Shown piece after piece: positions 45,901 through 56,500 of a DNA stretch of 64,000 nucleotides (position 1 is its first letter; each line of letters starts with the position of its first letter). This DNA is from Psammoneis japonica (taxonomy: Eukaryota), in assembly GCA_008632985.1 (NCBI GenBank), contig QPGO01000008.1, positions 1 through 64,000 on the forward strand. Direction: 5' to 3'. A program made the position numbers and the translations under genes. Under the pieces are notes generated by a model, which worked only from the letters and a program-made list of their open reading frames with translations, was not told the origin of the DNA and made no database searches.

Positions 45901-48900
45901 TGAAGCGGTCTCTGCACACATGATTGAGACTTGTTGCACCCACCAACATGAAGCTCTTCGTGATGAACGCAAGTTGATCCCCCGTGTCTGTCAAGACATT
46001 CCTTTCAAGAAGTGTGCTGAGAAGAACATTCCTGTCCAGTCTCTCAAGGCCGACACGGAACGTCTTTTGTGGCATCAGCGACTTGGTCATCTGAGTGATC
46101 ACTGCCTTCATCATGCCCATGAACATGTTGATGGCGTCCCCAAGTTTGCCCACGGAACTTCTCCTCTCGACACTTGTCCTGCATGTGTGCGAGCCAAGCA
46201 GACGAAGGAACCTGCCGGTCCGAACACTGCTCTTGCTGCTGCCCAACCATGCCAAGGCCTTGCGATTGATTTTTCCTTCTCTGGCCTGCACTCCAAGAAC
46301 TCGGAGCGCACCAAGGACTGTGTTGGATTGAATGGCGAGACTTGTTGGATTGCTGTTTATGATCATAAAACGAAGCGTCTCCATGGTGCAACTCATGTCT
46401 CCAAGGCAACCCCTTTGAATTGGATTCACCACTTTCTGGAAGAGCACTCGCCAAAATGTCCAGATGAACATGCACCCATGGATCAAGGAGGTGAGTTGCA
46501 TCAGAACCCAGAAGTTTGCCGACTCTTTGAGGATGACTTTCATCATGCAATTCGTCCTGCGGGAAAAGATGCTTCAAATCAGAGTGGCCCAGTGGAACGC
46601 AGTCATTTGTCTGTTGCCAATGCCATCCAGGCGATGCCAATCGGTGCCGATTTGCCCATCAAATTCTGGCCCTGTGCTTTTCATCATTTCATTTGAATCA
46701 ACAACGCTGTGCCATCCCGTGGACAACCTGCTGCTCCGATCACTCTTGCTGCTGGTTGGAAGGATGATTTCAAGAACTTTCGTACGTTTGGTTGTCGAGT
46801 GTGGGCACGTGCGTTGAATCACCGCCCAGCAAAATTTCGGTCTGTCTCTTGCAAGGGAATGTTCTCAGGCTGTCTTCCGGACACTGCCAAGAACATTCTT
46901 TGGTGTGACACTGAGACATCGCGTGTCAAGCTTGCCAAGCACATTCGCTGCGATGAGGGCATGAATGATCTTCCCCACGACTCTCTTCCGCCGAATGTGG
47001 TTCACTTGGAATGCACTCAAGATGGCAAGGCTTCACCTGCCAAGACTGACAAAACCACGATGGATGAGCTCCACTTTCATGGGAATCCTTTTGCCAAGAC
47101 CATTGAGCACACGATGAAGGGACCATTTGCTGATCCCATGTTTGGACTTTCCTTGGCTACGGACGATCTCTGTCGGCGAGCATTTGTCTCTGACATCAAG
47201 CGTGGTTCTCCTGCTGCGCGTCTTTTCTCTTCTTTGAAGGCTGCCCGCAACAAGATCAAGGGTGCGTGTGTTGCATCAATTGATGATCATCCCATGTTCA
47301 CGGCAGAGGAGGCCATCAAACGTTTTCAGCAAGTCTGTGATTCTGGCAAGACTCATTTTGAAATTGAATTCGCGCCGGAACGTCGCCTGGACTCTCAAGC
47401 CCTACAACGTGCTCTGATGGAACACAACATGCGTGCACCGAGTCCTGATCCTGATGATGAGCATGTTCCGGAAATCACCAACGCCGACATGCGTGCCATT
47501 GCTGCCATCCGCCACCCCGACATTGATTTCTCCGAAACGGATGATGACGGTGTCCCTCCGCCATTCTTTGTTGATTGTGACAATGGTGTGGTCAACATCT
47601 GTGCTGTCTCATCTCACGCTGTCACTCCAGAGGAACAAGCCTCAGGTGCTTTCACCCGCCACTGCCTCAAGAAGTTGGACACGTGGCCTGAATGGCGTGC
47701 AGGTGAATTCAAACAACTTGACCAGTTCCATGAGTTGGGGATGTTTGGTGCACCGATTAAATGACCCAAGGATGCTGTCGCACTTTGTCCACATTGGCAA
47801 CATGACCTCAAGCATGATGGCACACGGCGCTCTCGACAGTGCTGTGATGGATCTCCCCGTGCTGCGTTGATGCTACATTGACTCTACTCGACGCACTCAT
47901 CCTGTGTTGAGCAGCCCATCCAACGCATGTTTTTTGCCCTTGCTGCGACCATGAGCTATCCTGTCTTTGGTGGGGATGCTCGTGATGTCTGTGCACACTC
48001 TCCACGACCGTCACACCCCGTGTGTGTTGCCACAGACGAGGCATGCGCAACCTGGCACAAGGCTCGGTTTGGCATTGACTTGGACAGGAGCATGGTGCTC
48101 CCGATGCAACATGCACTTCAAGGACACCCAGAAGCCGGCGTGCTCTGGGAGATGCACATCAACGGCATTTTGTCTGATGTGAACCTGCTTTTTCGCAACA
48201 CCACTCATGACAAATGCATCTGCTCTGCTGCTTTTGAAGGACACAAGATCTTGCTCCTCCGTCAGGTTGATGGTTTCTCTCTCGCTTGTCCTGAAGAGTC
48301 TGTTGCGATCAAGATCTGTGACAAGATTGGCAAAGCTCTCCAATTGGAATCGGAAACCTCTCCGCCATTCAAGTGTCTTGGCATGATTGACGAATTCAAT
48401 GGTGCAGACATTCATCAATGCGATGGCTCCATTGGTGTTGCTGTTCACAGCTGTGTGGATCGGGTTTGTGCCTTGCATGGTTGGTCGACACCGACGGATG
48501 AGGAACTTGACGACGACTGCAAGGCTGCGCCACCACCTGTTGACTCTGTTTGCGAACTGTGCAATGCCATTGGCCCAGCTGAAGGAACCCCGGAGCATGC
48601 GGAACTGCAACAAGCTGCTGGTTTCAGCTGCTGAACTCTTCTTGGTGAATTGTTGCATGCGTGCGTTGTCTGTCGACTGGACATTGGGCATGCCATCACT
48701 GCCCTGTCCAAGTTCTCGACCTGTCCTGCTGTGGTTCACTGTGACGCGCTCAAAGGAACATGCAAGCACCTTCAATGCACTGGACATTGGGAGTTGAACT
48801 GCAGGATGCCCACCCAAGACTCCAAACTGCCCGCCCACCCCTTCGAACGTCTCACTCCGGACCCGACCTTGCCATCGTTCCCTCATCCTGCACATGATCA

Positions 48901-49372
48901 TCAACTCGTTGCTTTCTTGGATGCTGCTTGTGGCAATGACCTCCGCAACCGTCGTTCTACGACTGGCCATGCTTGCATGTCAGCTGGTGCTGCCACATCT
49001 TTTCGATGCAAGACCCAATCGGTGACCGCTGCGAGCTCTACGGAAGCTGAATTTTGTGCTGCTGGAACTGCTGCCAAGCATGTCCTGCACCTTCGTCACG
49101 TTCCACAGGACCTGGGCTTCCCTCAGACGGAGCCAACCCCGTCACACATTGACAACGAATCGGCGATCAAGATCATCAATCACTCGATCCTGACTGAGCG
49201 ATCCCGTCACATTGAGATTCAGTTTTTTGCGATCCAAGAATGGAAGGAAGCGGGCAAGATTGTCACGAGACATGTTCCTGGCATTGTCAACCCCAGCGAT
49301 GACCTCACCAAGGCCCTTGGCTGGGTGCCACACGCTCGCCACGCTTGACGCATGATGGGACACTGCTGTTGA
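42944..49372 (+). pseudogene. gag-pol: Copia-2 gag-pol (CLVCSGEHLFDDC zinc knuckle, PR, IN, PDZ-like domain, RT, RH); in-frame TGA at 46694, 47762, 48632 and 49346
   Basis: Collinear ORFs 42944..43534, 43778..44992, 45014..46696, 46709..47764, 47927..48634 and 48650..49348. Confidence 0.92.
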
Positions 49373-49540
49373 CATTTTTTTCCACGGTGGCCTCCCTGCT
49401 GCGCATTGCCCTCTTGTTTGATGGCGTGTTGGGCATGGACACTTCTTGCGTCCTGTGTCTGGTCTCTCTGTTTTTTCCTCACATCATCCCTGTTCTTTGG
49501 TTTGATCTGCACTGTTCTCTGTGTTGAGATGTCACAGATC

Positions 49541-49549
49541 AGGGGAGGG
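49541..49549 (+). promoter_or_regulatory. Polypurine tract AGGGGAGGG of Copia-2
   Basis: Directly precedes the 3' LTR. Confidence 0.85.
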
Positions 49550-49742
49550 TGTCAGCCCATCTACACCTGTGCATGATGGACAGACTGGATGCGGATGATG
49601 GCTGGACCATTTAGACAGACGAGCAGATCTCTCTGAGATCTGCTTCTCACTTTCTCATCTGCCAGCACTCGTGTCATCACAGTCCTGGCACTTTGGGGAG
49701 TCTTTCATGCCTCTGTCACTGTCGACCTTCGGCATTCTGTCA
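49550..49742 (+). repeat. Copia-2 3' LTR (193 bp)
   Basis: Direct repeat of 42572-42765. Confidence 0.95.
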
Positions 49743-52283
49743 GGTGGTGCAAGACAACACTCCTTCTCTCACTTTGACCGCTGCACAACAAAGTGCCTGC
49801 TGGGGATCTTTGTGGGTTGCTTTGAATGCATGAGGATTAAAAGTGGGGCAACCTTGGGAGGCGGTGAGGTTGACAGCAGTTCAGTTGGCCGAAGTGACAG
49901 GAGAGGGAGTGACGGCGGCATTGTCAGAGTTGGGGTTGGAGGGAGTGGCAGCCACTCCTGCAGTGTGCATTTGGGAGGGGCTTGGCTGTCTTGGCAAGGA
50001 CAACCCTGGACAATGAGTGGGGTGTTCCTTGGAGGTGTTTGGGTTGAAAGCCTCCAGGTCAGTGGGAGCAACGGAGGGAGTGACGGAGGCAGCAGGGCTC
50101 GGGTTGTTCGGGCTGGAGGGAGTGGCTGCAGCTCCTTCAGCTGCAGCAACGACATGGGCAGAGACCGTGGAGTGTGTTTCAAGTTCACGATGAGGCTTCT
50201 TGTTTTTGCTGTTGCCAGTCCCTGACTTGTGTTGACGGCCAACTCCATTTTGCTTCTTCCTCTTGTTGCCCACGATGCACTGGAAATTTGATTGAAAGTG
50301 TGCATCGAGAGGGCTGGTGAATGAGACGGATGGCAAGTCGAGAGAACACACATTTTTTTGGCATGCTCAATCAAATTAACTGTGTTGTGTCTGCAGAAAT
50401 GAGGTGTGTTCGGACGTCAGTTGAGTTGAAGAAGACCAAACACACGAGCTCCGAAAAATGAAAAAGTGAGTGATCACGAGCATTTTTCATGTGGAATGGG
50501 ACACCAGCCGAAAATCACATTTGGCACAATCAGCAAGTCCTTCATTTTTGATCATTTCGAAAATCGAAAGGCAAGTGCACACCCGAAAACACATGTAAAG
50601 TGTGCACTTGCCCTTCGATTTGGCAAAAAACAGATTTTGAAAAAGTCATTTGCGCTGAACCTAAAAATGGGCAAATGATGGGAATCGAACCCACGCGGAG
50701 CACCTGGAGCTGGAACAGGCCAAGAGGACAATCCTCAAGGCAAGCCACTTTAAGCTGGAAGCACATCTGCATCTTCCCCTGGCTGTGTGAGCACAGGCAC
50801 TACTCCTGCTTGCACAGCAGCACAGTTGTCAGCTTTACAAAGCTGGGTGAAATTGAGCAAGGAAGCCCCCTGCCTTGCTGGAGAAGCTTGCTGCCCACCT
50901 CTCCTCATGGCAGCTTGTGTGCATTTCAACAACTTGGCCCAACAAATTTTCAACAGAAGCCACTTTTCTCAAAGATGCCAAAAAAGTAAAGCTGCACCTT
51001 TGCCATGGTTGCCAGGAGCACAGTTGCTCTTCAATGAGCATGCCAATGCTCTCATGTTCGACACTCGTTTCCTCATTTTGCCACCCCAACAAAATTTCAG
51101 ACATTTGATTGCGCTGAATTTCTTGGCTCTCAGAAATGCCTTTGCAGTGTTCCTGGATGCAGACCCAGAAGCTGAGGTCTTGTCACCTTGTTGCATGAAG
51201 GTGATTCAGCCATCAAGAACGCCTCCAGTTCCCCACCACATCATCGGCACTTTGAAGTGTGGGTGAAGTGACAGCCATTGCCACAGCCCAAATGAGGGCG
51301 CCGCTGACATCACTGTGTCAAATTGGCAGCAACCCATTGTCATGACACATTTGCTGCTCTTCAGTCAAGAAGCACAAACAGCTCTGCACAAAGTTTCCCT
51401 GCCCTTCCAGAACACCAAACAACAGCCTTCATCACTCACTTTTCATTGACCATCCTCCTGAACCCACCCAGTTTTGTCACATGCTGGGGGCCCCACAGAG
51501 AGCATCTTTGAAAAAACCTCTGCACATGCAGAGCTCATGAGAGCCATTGTTTGGTGTTTTTGGCACTTCAGGAAGAGCTGCACAGCACACAGCATCTGTT
51601 CCACCCAAGTGGGCTTTTTTTCAAGTGCTTTGGATTTTGCAGTCTTTGCAGGGGAGAGCATCCAAGTGGCAACAATGCTGGGCTGGTGATGATGGCCAAG
51701 TTGAGAAGTTTGGTGCAAAAGATGTGCCACCAAAATGAAAAGAGGGTTGATTGCACCCACCCCATTTTTCATTGATGCCCCCCACTCCTCTCCAGATTCC
51801 AGGTGGTGCAGTGTTTGGGGGGCCCACAATGGCAAAAGCGTGCTTCTCTGTCCTGCCTCTTTGATGGGTGCTCAAGGAGTGCTTTGTGCAAACATCAAAG
51901 AAGGTGCATTTGCGCACTTTTCCAAAGGTGTTTGTCTTTGCACAACAGCACTGAGTCTCTGCTGAGTTGATGTGCAACCAAAGATTTTTGCCGTGCCTTT
52001 GCCAGGCTCATGTGACACAATGTGCCTCCCCCCAACTGCAAGAGTCTTGTTGTTGGGCCACCACATCTGTGAATTCAAGCTGTGGGAACAGCAAAAAAGA
52101 AGAGCACTTTCTTTGCTGTTGCCACTTGGCACTGCCTCTTGTCTCTCTTTGGCCATTGTCAAAATTCAACAAATCCTTGGTTTCTTTGCTGTGTTGCAGA
52201 TGGCTGATCAGATTTGGCAAAAATCACCTGTGATTTTGGTGAACTGCAATCCCAGCTTCTGGGTCATTTGGGTGGGTTGGACA

Positions 52284-53530
52284 CCAAAGTTGCAAACTCA
52301 TGACAGTTGACAAAAGTTGACAAACTCGTCAAAGTTGACAAAGCTGACAAAGTTGGCAAACTCACCAAAGTTGAAAAAGTTGCCAAAGTTGACAAACTGA
52401 CCAAAGTTGAAAAAGGTGACAAAGTTGACAAACTTGCCAATTTTGCCAAAGTTGCAAACTTGTCAAAGTTGACTGCACGGGTCTGTGGGAAATCATGTTT
52501 TTGAGCAAAAAACAGAGAATCTCTGTGAGTTTTGACTGTTTGCAATGCCAACAGCGCAGCCGCACGCACTTTTTCTGCATGATGAGCTCGTGCGTTTTTG
52601 ACACAACTTTGACACAACTTTTGACACAAATCAAAGTTGTGCTGCAGTTTTGAAAATGCACATCTGGGCATTTTTAGAATTCCTGCAAGACTTCCAGTGA
52701 AAAAATCTGCACAAAAAAACACAACCCGGGTGTGCATTTTGAAAGCTGTGCCACACATTTTGAAAAATGCACATGCAGGTTCTTTTGCATGCAGAAGTCT
52801 GGTGCATTCCCACATGACACAAAAGTTGGGACATTTTCAATTGTGCACATCCGGGTCTTTGTTTCTCACAGTTTTTTGAATCAAAAGTCGTGTCTAAAAA
52901 TGTCTTTTCTACGAGGTGGTGTCGGCAACAAATTTGTCTTGTCTGACAGATTTTGTGCTGGCAGGCACAATTCACATCAATTTTGACATGCAGGTGGCAA
53001 AAATGGCAATTTCCCACAGACCCTGCAACCAAAGTTGACAAAAGCTGCCAAAGTTGGCAAACTCACCAAAGTTTAAAACAAGTTGCCAAAGTTGACAAAC
53101 TTGCCAATTTTGCCAAAGTTGAAAAAGTTGCCAAAGTTGACAAACTCATCAAAGTTGACAAAGCTGACAAAGTTGGCAAACTCACCAAAGTTGACAAAGT
53201 TAACTCACTCACCAAAATTGACAAAGTTGCAAACTCATCAAAGTTGACAAAGTTGCCAAAAAGCTGACAAAGTCGCCAAAGTTGACAAGCTCACCAGAGT
53301 CAACAAAGTTGCGAACTCATCAAAGTTGAAAAAGTCTCCAAAGTCACCAAAGTTGACAAAGTTGGAAAACTCACCAAAGTCAGCAAAGTTGCCAAAAAGA
53401 AAAAGTTGACAAACTTTTCAAAGTTGACAAAGCTGACAAAGTTGGCAAACTCTCCAAAGTTGACAAAGTCACCAAAGCTGACAAAGTCACCCCAAAGATG
53501 CCAAAAGCTGCAAACTCATCAAAGTTGCAA
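52284..53530. repeat. Degenerate 9-bp minisatellite (CAAAGTTGA/CAAACTCAC-type), split by a MITE
   Basis: Arrays at ~52284-52473 and ~53029-53530; KVDKLTKVDK translation periodicity. Confidence 0.88.
52479..53023. mobile_element. ~545-bp non-autonomous TIR element (MITE-like)
   Basis: 15-bp perfect TIR GGGTCTGTGGGAAAT (52479-52493) / ATTTCCCACAGACCC (53009-53023) interrupts the 9-bp array. Confidence 0.75.
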
Positions 53531-56500
53531 AGACGTGCTCCAGCCCCAGGTGAAGCACAAAACGGCAATCCATTTGAGCGCAAATGTTGCGCACTTTGTG
53601 CAAGTCCTTGTGGGATGTGCATCACAAAATTCCTCAGCAGACTTGGCGCTGATTGTGCGACAGCACTCAAGGCACAGCAAAGCCTTTTGCAGGCAGAACA
53701 CATGCTGAAAACATTGCAAAAACATTTTGTGTCAATGTCCGCACATTTGATGTGAGCATCTTCAACTTTTTTGCCAAAAACATCCACTGTGTTGCAACTT
53801 GCTTGTTGCAATGAAAACATTGACAGCATGAAAAACAGTGGTGTTGCAACACTGACACGTGTCTTGTTGGTGTTGCATGACACAAATCTGCACTTTTGGC
53901 AACAAAAGATCTTTTGCAAGTCAGAGACCATGCAAAAATCACACAAATGTTGTTTTTGCACATGACTTGGTTTGCGCATGGCTGGAGCATGTTCAAAGAA
54001 GTCAGCAAAGTTCTTGACAAAGCTGGCTGCAATTTTTTAATTTGGAAATGGGTGCATTCAGCGAACATCAAGTTTGAGTTTAAAATTTCATTGCTTGGGC
54101 ATTGATGTTTGACATCAATGGCAGGATGTCAAACAAAGTTGATGATGCAATTGTCATTTCAGACAATTTGTCAATGAAACAGTGGCTGCAAAACAAAAGT
54201 CAATTTTGGCAGCATGTTGATGACACTGTGGCATTGAATGAAATGGCTTGAAATGACAAGACAATGGCAGAATGCAAAGGAAATCCCATCATCACACTTT
54301 GCAAGACACAAAAAGGTGATCATTGTCACATCAATGAAGAGAAGACCATGCCAAAGATGCCACAAGAGAAAACAAAAGAAAGGCAACATCTGGTCATGAG
54401 GTGAGCCCAAGGTTGCTGTCAGCATTGGAGCAGACAGGATCAAACGGAGGGCACAAAGCATCTGGTGGGGCCACAATCTGAGATGCACACAAGCATGACA
54501 ACATTTCTGTTGCCATGGTTGGTTGGCATGAAGACTGCCAATGTTGGTGCCCATGAATTCATGGCACAATCTTGCAAGTTGACTTGCAAGTTGAATTTTC
54601 CAAAACAATCTTGTCACCTGCTGCTGGTGGCCTCAAATGTTGCTTGGTTGCTGGGTGGTGCGGGTGACATCTGAATGGTCAACAACATTGCCTTGGAAAG
54701 TTCTTTCTGTGCACTCTCATTTTGTGCCATTTGTCTGCTCACCAAATGTGTTGTTTGTGCTTTGTCAGAGTTTGAACGGTGAACACATCATTTCATGTGG
54801 TCGATTTTTGCTTTGATGGATCCAGGCATTTTTTTTAACTTTGTCGTCATCACAAAAGCACGCCCATTTGCTGGGAGCCTTGAGCTTCACCCCGCCACTC
54901 TCTGCGTCCTTTGGCAAATCTTTTTGTGCTGTTCATTTGGACTTGTGACAAGCTTGACATGTTTTTGGAGGTCTTGGTTGGCTCATGATCACATGTTGTT
55001 TTTTGGCAACAACAATTTCTTGAAAGTGTGCGCCGTGGGAACAAAACATTGTGATGGAGCCTTGGAGACACCTGACACCTGTGATGTTGGTGTTTGTCAG
55101 ACAATCTTGTCACAGTCAAAAGACAATGCTCCTGTGAGCACATTGTGATTGGCTGAGTTTTGGACTTGTTTTGACAAAAATTGCGCGCCTCATGAGCAAT
55201 TGATTTGTGTCCAGTTCATGTGTGCAGGTGGTGTCTGGTCCATGTGACCCTTTCTTCCTGCTTTGCAACCACACTTTCTTCATTGTCTAACACATGACAT
55301 CACCTGTGCCATTTTGGAAGATCTGGGCAGTGTGCTGACAGGTTGAAGCTTTGCAATGGGCAAAATGGAAAGGTGGAGGCTTGTGCTGCGCCAGGCTCCT
55401 CACCCGATTTGTGGATGCACTGCACTGCCGGCAAAGTGCGCACCTTTGCAAATGATGACTTGCTGATCTTGCTGATCTCAGGTGGAGACAAAATGTCTCT
55501 GGCAGATTAGAAAAAAACTGGAACAGAAGGCAAGCAGTGATTGAGAAGTTGCACATTGTGTGTTCTCTTTCAGCCCAGTTCATTGTTCTTCTTGACCTGT
55601 GTGCAGGTGACTTTGCACCGGCCGGCGCTGGAGGATGATGCAAGCGAAACAGTGGTGTTTGACACCACAGTGCAACTCCATTGAATTCCAGTTGAAGTCA
55701 ATCTGAAGCAACCCGAAGCTTTCAAATCCTTTCTGTTGTGACTTGATTTGCTCTTTCATGTCTTGACTGATTTCTTTGGATGGAGTTGAGGAATGAAGAG
55801 CATTGCCAATGTGCTTGGAATCAGCAAATACTTTGCTCTGGAGCAGAGCTTGGCGCAAAAGGCAAGAGATCCATCATTTGTGATTTTTGACTTGTTTCAT
55901 CATTTTTGGCGTTGTCTGATGAAAAGTTGGACAATCCATTTAAATGACTCACAGCATTTTGCTGTTTTTCAGAGGTGTGATTGCACAGCTCTTGGCACTC
56001 CAGTTTTCTTTAGAGCAAGATTGTTGCATCACATGTCCTTTGTGCAGCTCTTTCACCATGTAAACCAAGCTGAGTGCAAACACTGCATGGCATTGTGAAC
56101 GGAAATCCAAGCAACTGTTGCACGCAGGAGATGCAGCAGACAGACAAGGAGGGAGAGGAGGGCCAAAAGCATGGGAGCCCAGATGACAAAAGGAGCGCAA
56201 CAAGTTCCTGGCCTGAGCTCCATGACTGCGCCCAATTGTTGAACAGCAAGAATCAAATTTGAAAAAATTGGCATGCAAAAAGTGGCAGTGTCATTGTTCT
56301 TTGTGCATTGCATGCAATGGGCAGTGACATTCAAGTGCAATTCTGCATTGCATTCATTGATGTCATGAAATGGGCAATTTGAAAAATTTGGCATTCAAAG
56401 AGGAGAAGTAAAAAACAAACACAATGATGTGCTGGCTGGCATGATTGGCCTCAGGCAAATGCAGAAAAATGAATCTTGGGTGTGCAACATGATGTTGCTG

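Larger units (their letters stand above)
42572..49742 (+). mobile_element. Copia-2: full-length Ty1/copia LTR retrotransposon nested in the transposase gene, inactivated
   Basis: TG...CA LTRs, 5-bp TSD GGTGG (42567-42571 and 49743-49747), PBS, PPT. Motifs: QLDAGAD (PR), LWHQRLGH..C..C and MDQGGEL..ER (IN), ALQGHPEAG and RQVDGF (RT), FLDAAC..SSTEAE..DN (RH). Confidence 0.97.
35065..50721 (-). mobile_element. Large DNA transposon, Sola-like (probably Sola2), ~8.5 kb plus nested Copia-2
   Basis: Perfect 27-bp TIRs GGCCTGTTCCAGCTCCAGGTGCTCCGC at 35065-35091 and 50695-50721. 4-bp TSD AAGA at 35061-35064 and 50722-50725. Internal DDD-type transposase remnant. Confidence 0.88.

Noticed and set aside
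50671..50770. tRNA-like sequence on the minus strand (GGTTCGATTCCC T-loop, possible GCAGATG/CATTTGC stem)
   Set aside because: There is no credible D- or anticodon arm, and the span crosses the transposon TIR/TSD junction, so the pairing is probably coincidental.
52264..53530. KVDKLTK-repeat protein gene
   Set aside because: It is a degenerate 9-bp minisatellite with frequent frame disruptions and a MITE insertion, with no gene structure.
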